DNA of 64,000 nt from Takakia lepidozioides (Eukaryota > Plantae > Bryophyta): assembly GCA_030704615.1 (NCBI GenBank), contig CM060732.1, positions 7,874,001-7,938,000 of the forward strand, given 5' to 3'. Both the position numbers and the translations under genes were made by a program. Shown here piece by piece: positions 53,520-64,000 of this stretch. The first letter of the stretch is position 1, and each line of letters starts with the position of its first letter. Under the pieces are notes generated by a model. That model saw only the letters and a program-made list of their open reading frames with translations, was not told the DNA's origin and searched no databases.

Positions 53520-56324
53520 CTCGCATCACTGAGCGATCTGTAGGGTGATCCAGTTGTAGTCTAATGGCCAACTCACGCCGTGTCATGCCCCGAGCCTGCT
53601 TTGATCATCTCAGAGATGTCTGTATCTGGAAAGGACAAGGCTCCATGTCCGCCTCCGTGAGGCCCAAACCTGTAATAGCAGCTCTGCCCTGCATCAGTGG
53701 CTGAGCCCCCGAGTCCAATAAGACCCGCAGTGGCCGGTACCTCTTGCCTACCGGTCCACTCAAACATAGAATGTCATCCTGGTTGTCTAACAAGACAACT
53801 CCAGGTGTCACCATAGCGCGCTCAATGGCTGGCCTAGTTGGCAGCTCCATCAACCTGGCAGCTGCAACTTGCCATGGCACTGTTGTGGCAGTCTTGACCC
53901 TCAAATCCGAGGATGCCTCCGCCACTACACCTTCCACTAACTCCGCAAAAGATGAAGTGACCTCCCCACTCTCACAGAGTGTCGCTGCTGTCTGAACACT
54001 ACAGCAGGTCTTACCCCCGGCGTCGCAATCATGGTTGCCGAGAACAGTGGGGCCTGGCATACAGATGTAGCCGCCCCCAACAGCACACTGACTGCACTAG
54101 CCTTGGCAGCAGGTAGTGGTGCTGATCGTGTAGCTCTCCCCAATGGCATAATAACCTCCACCTCGATTTCAGTCGGGCGAGAACATGCCATGGATGGCAT
54201 CGACACTGTCTCCGCCAATGTGAATGACTGAGGAAGCCTAGCCTGACGACTTGCCTCCCCACGTTGTGAATCCAACTCCACCTCCGTACCACGTGGCTCA
54301 GGAACTCGTGTTGCTCCTCGAGTCATGGCCGTAGCAGATTCCACCCGCACTAGTGGTAGTGTTGCCCTAGACATAGTGGTAGTGGTAGTGGCACCTCTCA
54401 CTAGTGGTAGTGCTGCCCCGCACATAAATCCCATGCCTCCCATGGCTCCTCCTTTAGGATGACGCTGCTGAGGATGAGCATGAGGTGGAATCTCAGGCCT
54501 TGGAACTGGTGCAACATGGGTGGTAGCCATGGTAACAAGCCATTTCTCCAAATGAGCAAGCCTATCCGCCATGCCGTGGTCATGACCCTGACCTCCACGT
54601 CCTTGGCTATGTCGTGCTTGCATTTGTCTTGCACCTCGTGCCTGACCACCTCGTCCTCTCTAAGGTGCTCCACCTTGTCCTCGGCCAGTACAATTGTTCC
54701 CTTGGAATTGGCCTGGCCGCAACTCAGGGTGCAAGTCATAACACTGGGCCTCATACTTGCCACAATGCCCACACTGCAACTGTGTAGGTTGTGCCTGTGC
54801 TGGCCCTTTGCCTCCCTCTGGGCAATCCTTCTTGACATGGGGTCCTCCACATGTCCAACACACTACACCCGCCTATTGCTGGCCTGCAAATGAAGGGAGA
54901 GATCCCTGTATCTGAGATCCTCTGTGTCCTTCCCTGGGTTTCACATGAGCCCCCTTATTGCCTTGAGCATGTTGGGGTAGTGGTTGGCTAGAAGCACCAC
55001 TACCCCATGGCATCTCCTTAGCAAATCCCACCATGACCACTCGTTCTTCTACCATATTAAGCTCTATCCACTCTGCCAGCAAAAACATATTTGCTAAGGT
55101 AGGTTGGGCTGCTTGTAAGAGAGTTGCATCTCGCACCCTTATCCTCAGCTCCTTGTCCAATATCCCATACCAGAATTGGACTGCTTGAACCTCCGTAACC
55201 CCTTGCGATACATTTATCAAGCGCCTCATGCGAGTGTAGGCCTCCCTCAAACTCTCAATAGGCTTCCATTGGAACTCTTGCAAGCTCCGCAACTTCTCTG
55301 TCCCCACCCCTTGGTAGTTCCCTCTCAACTCTTCGAAGAACTCCATAACAGGGTTGAAGGCATGCATGGTTACTGGTGCTAGTGCGGCAGTGGCTTGGGT
55401 GGATGTCGTAGCTTCTGTACCACTAGTCCCACTGCTGCTTGTGGAAGCTGCTGGTGTGGCTACTACTCTTGTGCCTCTAGTGATAGAGACATAGTCGGGT
55501 GACCAGTACATCTTCCACTCCTCGATCTCAACCTCATGCCCCCGCCTAAACTCGTGGTAGTCATCCATAGGCGGCCCCTCAAGGTACTAAAACACCCCCT
55601 TCCATGCCATAAAAGACGTAAACAGTTGTGGATTGCGCATTTGCTGCAAGTCACACCAACTATCAAACTCTTGGTTAAAATCGTCCAACTCAAGGTGCCC
55701 ACAGCCCCAAAGTACCTACGTGGCCCCTTGGTAGCTCCATACATCTCATCCATTGTGTCCCACAACAATGGCACGAGAATAACTTGCACTGTCGGCGTGA
55801 ACCCTCTTGATTCAGAGTCTGAATCAGAACCTTCTTGGGAAGACACATGAGGTGAAGGTGGCCTAAACCGCACACCTCGTCTCGTGTACACACTAGTATC
55901 GCTAGTGCTCGTACCGACACTTTCCCCAACAACTAGTGGCACCTCCGTGTTGACAAACTGACACTCAACCGGTCATGAACATGTCCCTAATCCCCCTTTC
56001 CACAAGAGTAGAGAACCTGTTGCGGCTTATGGTTTGGAATACTAGGTTTCTAACATAGCCTGCATCTGCACCTGCATCCACAACAAGCACTCCTATGGTT
56101 AGTTGGTCATCACCTCCCACCTCACCACAGGAGAAACAATGATGGGCTGACTGGTCATCACCCCAGCCTCACCATCGATAGCACGCTCTAGGATTGGATC
56201 GGTGATCAAATCCGAGTCAATCACCTATAAAAACAAGCGCACACACAAAGCTAACATGGCGCACAATCAAGCATGCGGGTGTGGAGGGGATCTAGACACA
56301 AAGAATCAAAACAACAACTCCCCC

Positions 56325-56851
56325 AGGGGGCTGAAAATCCATGAGTAGTGAGCAGTGAGCAGGTTTTACCGAACGTCACCAAACCGCTCGGACCTGTTTG
56401 CCAAACTACTTCCAGGTTCGGGATAGGTTCGGGATAGGTCCGGTTTATAGAATATTCATATTTTGGATTCCAAATGAGATTTTTACTAAATTTATATTGC
56501 ATATAATCCCTCAAATATTGAAGGTTCGGCACCGAACACCATTTCATACACTAAAAGAAAATATTTAAGGAAATTTTATTTTATTTTTCTTAGAAAACGT
56601 AGGTGCCGGCACTGTTCGGCGCCGAACAGTGCCATAGGTTCGAAAGTGGTCCGAACTGGTTCGGCATAGGTTCGGCACAGGTTTGGAAGAATATTCCTCG
56701 ACAGAATATTCCTCCACATAGGCTCAGCACTGGTTTGGAAGAATATTCTTTGAATATTTGATATATTCCATGAATATTCCCTTAAGTTCGGCACTGTTCG
56801 GCAAAACCTGCTCATTGCTCATGGAGTTCTGCTCATGGAAAACTCAACCTC
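56325..56851. mobile_element. hAT-like MITE in copy-3 leader
   Basis: 8-bp TSD ACTCCCCC; long imperfect TIRs (CCATGAG...GAGCAGGTTTT-CCGAAC); many GTTCGG/CCGAAC repeats. Confidence 0.8.
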
Positions 56852-57479
56852 ACTCCCCCACACCAAAAATCACTCCACAGTGTTGCTCCTGCAATGACAC
56901 TCTAGCCCAAACACGGACTGACTCTTGCCTCCACCTACGGAAAAGTCTTGACCTACATAGAAGGTGGAAATCTACAGGGGAAGAGAGCAAAAACAATGCC
57001 TAACCCCAGCATGCCCTCATCCCAACACTTTCCTTTTCCTCTCTTCCTTCACTTGCATGACCATGGGAAGCATCCTGTAGACAGTCCTCAAACCGTCTTC
57101 CACGAGTTTACATGAAACTTGGTCTTCAAGGGCCCATGCAAGCCTCCACAGGGTCCGCCAATGCCTCCTTATGTCCACTAGCCATTCCTCATAATGGAAC
57201 CACCTCAGGAAACCACGCCATCCGCTGAAGGTTCAAAACATGAGCAAATGGAGATATATATAAGCCCCAACAAAGATCTGTCCAAAGGAATTACCTGCAG
57301 GGCGGTATCCCCCATGATATTGTTCCCCACGATTCCCAACGAGTTCCCAATGAGTTCCCTATAGGTTCCCCAAAGTTCTCAATGGTTTCCCAAATTTCCA
57401 ATAGAATATTCCAATAATATTCTTTTCTGGACCGTAGTGGTTGCCATGCCACTAGCCCCCCACTAGCTAGTGACCTTTC

Positions 57480-57770
57480 GTTTAGTGGCCGTGGTCGTGG
57501 CCGCCACTAGCACTCACTAGTGCCCCTTCGTGGCTTTCCCGTGGCCCTTGGTCGGGGCCGTGGCCGTTAGTGTCTACCCCGCCATTAGTTCTCGCGGTGC
57601 CCCTTCGTGGTCTTTCCCGTGGCCCTTGGTCGTGGTCGTGCCCGTGGCGGTTAGTGGCTGCCCCGCCACTAACTCTTACGGTGCCTCTTCATGGTCTTTC
57701 CGTGGCCCGTGGCCCGTGGTCGTGGCCGTGACGGTTAGTGGCTGCCACGCCACTAACTCTCACGGTGCCC
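57480..57770. repeat. GC-rich ~70-bp tandem repeat, ~4 copies
   Basis: Recurring CCGTGGCCCTTGGTCG...GTTAGTGGCTGCC..GCCACTAACTCT..CGGTGCC units. Confidence 0.8.
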
Positions 57771-58156
57771 TCTACCTCATGAGAGGCCTATTTGCCACAA
57801 ACCAAGCCCTCTTTCTCACTTTGACTCCCAAAACACGCCACTCAAATCAATGACAAACAACCAAGCCTTACTCGTTTCCAGCCCCTATAAGCACTCATTC
57901 ATGCGCTCTCCTTGGCCATAGGATGTATCTTAGAGCCTATTCCACCCCCTTGCCTGCCACTTCAAGAGCCATGCTTTATCTAGGCTTGAAGTTGAAACCC
58001 CAACTCCAAACATGCTAAATGCCGGACTGTCACATAAGAGCAAATCAGCCCCTTACCTTCCCTTCTAGCTCTCCAAAGCTTAAAAATGGAGGCCTAACTA
58101 GGCTGAATGCATGCTCCACATATGCACTACTCCCACATAAAAGAAATCAGCCCTTC

Positions 58157-58888
58157 TGTCACGCACCTCACTTCGGTAAGCTCCCCTTCAAGTCATAGTT
58201 ACTCGTTTTGATGCGCGCGCCTAACTCCCAAACTAGCCGCCGGGCCAACTCGGAGCTTCAGCTGCTCACCGGGACATAACGGTCCCCCTTTGCTCCTCCA
58301 CAAGACCCTCTCTCAATTCGGGCCTAGTGGAAATTCCCTTTGGTTGTTGACAGTCCGGAACAGCTCCCCACACCTTGGTCGCTTTCCAGCTCGCACGCTT
58401 ACTCACTAGTTTTTGGTCACCAACGGGCTTGCACCGTTCTCGGGGTTACTACTCCCTATATATACTTCTGTGACTGTCCGCGGGGGTTTCACAAACAACA
58501 CCGTCCTTTTATGGCGAACCACCACGAAGACCCTCCATTCCCGGTGGTGAGTCGCGATGAGTCCTGGCCCACCGACCATGGCCCCATTGGACCATGATGA
58601 GTCCCAAGACTCCCCACGACTCCCACCACAAGGTCTCCGCCCCATGGTGAGTCCTATGCCACCCCCACTAAGTCCCACTAAGCTACCACCACCCCTCGTG
58701 GAACCACCCCCACCGCAACCCGGTGTATGGGGTTCCACCTAGTGAGCGCCTCCGTCTCCTTGAGTGCCTTGGACACTCAAGGGTGCTTCAGCCCCCGTAC
58801 CTATTGTTGCCACTGCCCCCACCACAGGGGCAACCCCTCTTGTGTCCCAACCCCCCCCCCCCTGCCCTCAAGGCAAAGGGCCGCGACA
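58157..58888 (-). repeat. 3' LTR of chromovirus
   Basis: TGTCAC...GCGACA termini; adjacent minus-strand PPT-like AGTAGGGGTGTG at 58889-58900. Confidence 0.75.
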
Positions 58889-61800
58889 CACACCCCTACT
58901 AACAGGGAGTTGATGTCCTCATCGACTTGTCCATTTTGTAGAAACTAACATCCAAGTTGTGGCGTCCCATATCAAGGAGTTTGTTTCCGTACCATGGTGT
59001 CCCATGGCAGAGAACCAAACCCCCCACTTGACTCTACTCTCCACTAGCTAGTTCGGCCGACTTCCTCTAAGTCCCGGCCAAGGGTAGAGCCTCTCGAGCT
59101 CCACCCAGTGCATTCTTCTTGGCCCACTTCAAGGCGAAGGAACGATCCTCCCCGAGGATTGAATCGCCCTTACTGCAACAACATTGCTTGCGACCGCTCA
59201 TGATGCCACTTTTGGAACAAGGGTTCACCTTGAACCCTTTTTGACTAGGAATATAACCTTGAACCAACCGCGCGCCCCAATCAATACAATTGGGTCCGCC
59301 TTGGAATGTTGGCCTGAGGTACGGGAACACGCCGAAGCCGCACTACGACTTCATCCCGAGGTTACACGATTATAAGTACGTGAACGGAAGCACGTAGCTT
59401 CCGCGTTAATCCGCACTACAAGACAACCCCCTCGGTAGCGCAGTTATAGTACGTGCACGCGCCAGATGCGCACTAGCACGTGAACTCCCAAAGAAGACGC
59501 AAGTTTCCTTGCCCCTTGGATGGGAGTCACCCGATTTCGGCACTCCGCAAACACATGATTAATCCAATTTACCTCTCCCATTTTTGTAAACTAGCATGCA
59601 TTCTACACACTAGCCAACCATACCATGCATCACCATTCCAACCAAAATAGGACGCACAACATTTAGAAACCATTTCATTTATAACAAAATTTGTACAACA
59701 CAAGTTTTTGCAATCGGATTCTTAGAGGTCGCCCTTCAAAAGCTACAACCGCCTCGGATGCGTTTCCCATTTCTGAGGCACGCACCCAAGTTGCCTCCAC
59801 TTGATGATAGCCCTTCCATTTCACGAGATACTCCGTTTCTTGATTATTGAACCTCCTCGACTTAAGCACTGCCTCCACCTCATACTCAGGTTCATTTTCA
59901 TGATCCAACAGCACAGGTGGCGGACGCAACACTTGATGCCGATTCGGACGCGCTTCATCTTTGAAATAAGGCTTCAATAGGGAGACATGGAATACCGGAT
60001 GCACTTTGCTGTTTGCCGGCAGCTCCAATTCATATACATCCTCATTTATAACCTTCCGGATGCGAAAAGGCCCCGCATATGGAGGTACGAACTTCGGATT
60101 CACTTCCAAAGGTAGTCGAAAATTCTTGATGTTCAACCAGACCTCCGTGCCTGCCTCAAACTTAACTTCCATCCGCTTCTGATTCGCTTGTCGTTCATAC
60201 CGTTTCCTAGCTTTGGCAATGTTGTACTTTGCGAGCTTCAACAAACGCTCGCGTTCTTCCAGCACCGCTGCTGCTACCGGTTCCTCAACGTCCTGGGCGG
60301 CCCAACTTGTCGGCACCAAATGTGCTTTTCCATAGATCAATACGAAAGGGGAAACTCCCGTTACAGAGTGATTTGTGTTATTATAACTGAACTCTGCTGC
60401 ATCCAAGTGCTCCACCTAGTCTGATTGGTTTGCCGACACATAATTCCGTAAGATCTGCTTCACCACGGAATTCACTCTTTCCGTTTGCCCGTCCGTCGTA
60501 GGTCGGAAGGCGGTGCTCATCTTGAGCCTCGTCCCCATTTTTCTTCCAAAGTGCTCTCCAAAATATACTTGTAAACTTTGGATCGCGGTCCGAGACAATA
60601 TCCTTCGGGAGTCCATGATGCTTGAAGACGTGGGCGAAGTAAAGTCGCCCCGTCTCCTGCGCCGTTGCCGTCTCTTTGGTGGGGATGAAATGGCCCATTT
60701 TACTGAGCCTATCCACCACCACCATGATTGCATCGAATCCTTTCGACAGCGGCATAGTAGTCATGAAATCCATCGAGACACTTTCCCAAGACCCATCTGG
60801 AATCGACAAGGGTTGTAACAACCCCGCTTGCTTTTTGTACTCGCTCCGGTTTTGTTGGCAAGTGGTGCATGTCTTCACATACTCTTCGGCTTCCTCCCTC
60901 AGTTTAGGCCAGAAATACTCTTTCTTCAAGAGTGTTGCGGTGTGTTTGGCTCCGCCGTGGCCCACAAGCGGGCCATCGTGGCATTCTCTCAAGAGACTAT
61001 CTCTGATCCCTCCCTTCGGCACGTAGAGACGCTTTTGTTTGTACCGGAGCAGTCCATTGTGCAAGTGCAACTACGATTTAACCCCCATCTTCAAGTCCCG
61101 CATCACAGACTTCGCCATCTCATCCTTCCCGATAAGCCTTCCGGATCCTCCTTTGGACTCCTTTGGAGCGCCGTCTCGCCCCTGTACACCAACATGAGCT
61201 GCTGCTTTCTACTTAAAGCATTGGCCACCACATTGTCGCGTCCTAGTTTGTACTGGATATCCACGTCGAACACCGCCAAAGTTTCTTGCCACCTAAGTTA
61301 TTGCGAGTGCGTTGGTGAGCCCAAAAGGCATCACCAAGAACTCATACGAACCATATCTTGTCCTGCACGCGGTCTTCTCTTCATCTCCTTCCGCCACTCG
61401 GATTTGATGGTAGCCGGTGCGCAAATCGATTCGGCTGAAATACTTTGCTTCTGCCAACCGATCGAAGAGGTCGTCGATCCTTGGCAAAGGGTACCGGTTT
61501 TTTTATAGTCACCTTATTCAGAGCCCTGTAATCGACACGCATCCGCAGCGTCCCATCCTTCTTGTTTGCGAATAGCACCGGGGCTCCGTAGGGTGACTTA
61601 CTCGGCTGGATGTACCCCTTTGACATTAGATCCTTGAGCTGAGCCTTCAGCTCGACCAACTCTCTGTGGCTCAACCGGTAGGGCGCCTTGGCAGGCGGCT
61701 CCGATCCCGGTATCATCTCAATCTTGTGGTCAACTCCTCTTTGCGGTGGCAAGCCGCTTGGTAAATCCTCGGGCATCACATCCTGGTATTTCTCCAAGAT

Positions 61801-62448
61801 CCTTTTGATCCAATCTGGGCTCGACTCCCTATTGACTTCTCCTTCCACTTGTCTTACGTAAAGCAAAAATTGGGGTTCGTGTGGCTCCTCCACGACCCAC
61901 TCCCTTGCTGACAGCAGATTTATTTGCCCTCCCACTGGGTTGGGCGTTTCCGACACCCGTAACACTTCGCCACCATTCCCACACGGTAGCGTGACTATTC
62001 TCTTGCGGCCATCTATGACTGCTCCGGATTTACTCAAAAAGGTCACCCCCAAAATGAGATCCACTCCATCGATCTCGCAAATGGTGAAGTTCTCACGTCC
62101 CTCCCAATTCTCGAGCTGAAGAGGAACATCGAACGCCAACCTCGTCGCCAATTGTGGTTCTCCTTTGGCAGAACGCACTTCTATGGAAGCCCCCACATCA
62201 CTTGTCGGGAGCCCCAACTTCCGTGCCGTTGCCGGTGTCATGAAGGAGTGCGACGCTCTTGTATCCACCAACAACGACACGTTAGTTCCGGAAATTATCC
62301 CACTCACGAACATTAACTGACTCCCTTTACGCAAGGGGCCAATCTCCTGATACAACTCACAAGAGTAGTTGTCTACCTTGCAAGTCTTGGCGACCACCGC
62401 TTCCACCAAGCGGCTGATGGAATCTTTGGACAGCTCCGTGGTTGCCCG

Positions 62449-63267
62449 CACTACAACAGATCACGGTTTTCATGACTTTGACCATGACTGCACCATGTTT
62501 TTAAATGAAATTGACCTCCCGCAGTCGTTCATACGACTGTAGTCATATGAACGACTATCTAAATAGTCGTCTGTATGACTACATGGCTCCGGAATGGGCG
62601 GAAGGCTGATCAACGACAATTGACCAGATTTAGCTCACCATTCATAGTCATTTCCATGACTACAGTGTACATGGATGAGGTTACATAGTCATGATGACTA
62701 CTGGGGATTTTGTAATTTGGTGTGTATAATACAATTAAAACACGATATGATTATATGAATGACTAATGGGTGTATTGGTTAACAGGTAGTGAACTATAAC
62801 TCTTATAGTAAAGAGGTTGCAGGTTCAAACTCCTCTAAGTACAATCAAATGGATAAGATGACCCTAGGGTTAGTAGACGAGCTAGGGATAGCACGTGGTA
62901 CCCTAGATGGACTGCCACGTGGTTTTTTCATTATTATAAAATGCATTATGCCACGTGGCACAATGCGGTGCGACGCGGCGTTTGATATATGTTTTTATTT
63001 TTTTTAGTTTTAATTTAATTTAATTTAATTTTTTAAATCAATTGCGCATCGCCACGTGGCGCGGCAGCGGCAGCTGTAGTATGGTATATATGACTGCAGT
63101 GAGAGATATCACCTGGTTCATATGACTGTAGTCATCGGGACCGTACCATCCTGTATTCATTGTATTGACTTGGTTTGCACGACTTACAGTCATAGAAATC
63201 ATATGTATCGTTTATGACTGCAGAATAGTCGTATATATAGTCATAAATACCGCGATCTGTTGTAGTG
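62449..63267. mobile_element. Non-autonomous CACTA element between chromovirus gag and protease
   Basis: TIR CACTACAACAGATC(A/G)CGG; TSD CCG/TCG; ATGACT subterminal repeats. Confidence 0.93.
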
Positions 63268-64000
63268 TCGAGTCATGTTCAATTGTCGGGGTTTCGCGCA
63301 CTTCTTAGCCATTTGCCCAGGCTCCCCGCAATTAAAGCACACTTCATCGAAGGTCGCCTTCTGTCCGCCATAAGCCATCGCACCTGATTTTTCTTTCGGA
63401 GCACCGGGTGCCGCCTTGATGTGTGAAGGCCCTCCCTTCGATTTCCATGTGTCATTATCGCCGCGTGGCCTATCCCACTTTTTTTTCGGTCGGAAAGAGT
63501 CACCCTCCCGCCGAGTCTTCTTGTGGTTCAGCTCCGTACGGCCTTGTCTTTCGCCCTTAGGGACATCCGAGAAACATTCAGCCTTTTCAATTGCCTCGTT
63601 TAAAATCTTAGGTGTCTTCTCCTCCAACTTCCGCCTGGCCCATGGTGCCAGTCCCACCACAAAGTTGAAGACCATTTCTGGTTCCGCCATATCCGCAACT
63701 TCGAGCAACAGCACATTGAAAGCCTGAACATATCCCCGAATGTCATCCATTTGCTGCAAATTCCTCATCTTGTCCCGGGTGAGCCATGACGCGTTGAGGG
63801 GAACAAACTGTCTTTTCATAAGTTCCTTGAACCCACTCCAGTTCAAGGTTTCCGGGTTTGGTCCTTGGTCATGAAGACATTTTTGCCACCATTGTTGAGC
63901 ATAGCCCCTCAAATAGGTGGGAGCCACTTCCACCCGATCCTCGTCACTCAACTTGGCCGCCCGGAAGTACCGCTCTAGCTCCAAGAACCAGGTGTTGAGT

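Larger units (their letters stand above)
50679..58156 (-). mobile_element. DNMT-gypsy copy 3: leader, gag, protease, methyltransferase motifs I-VIII, with three nested insertions
   Basis: Colinear with 5730-10004: CWTCGGPH, VLLDSGA, LLDLFGGINTG, VVAGWPCQ, ENV, AHRPWLWWTNL. Confidence 0.92.
58157..64000 (-). mobile_element. Chromovirus (Ty3/gypsy with chromodomain); 5' end beyond the window
   Basis: gag (63984 down, CFNCG knuckle), PR LLVDT-ASHSF, RT start ([13 protein letters not shown]) with deletion to RH end, INT HHCC and VSDRDPKF, GPF motif, chromodomain YEVEAVL...YLVKWKGY...TW ending 59675. Confidence 0.95.

Overview
Eukaryotic, TE-dense plant DNA. It is probably a bryophyte or other non-seed land plant, judging from an intronless moss-like type I MADS-box gene and a nuclear, intron-containing plastid ribosomal protein L5 gene with a transit peptide. 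These two host genes (31.0-35.5 kb) sit among nested, decayed transposons. The main signal is a Ty3/gypsy family, present as three copies in four pieces. Its single polyprotein reads gag-protease-C5 DNA methyltransferase (DNMT3-like, motifs I-X in canonical order)-RT-RNase H-integrase-PHD finger. The near-complete copy (3282-14173) has circularly permuted, split terminal repeats (B...A-B'-A'), a 4-bp TSD, a hairpin-rich 5' repeat and a self-complementary (non-tRNA) primer-binding site. Next to it is a decayed Pro-rich SET-domain ORF directly upstream of a CACTA transposase. Also present: a Copia element, a chromovirus, two L1-like LINEs, several CACTA/hAT-like MITEs and two inferred inversions whose breakpoints fall inside TEs. 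All assignments come from motif recognition by eye; no database searches were run.
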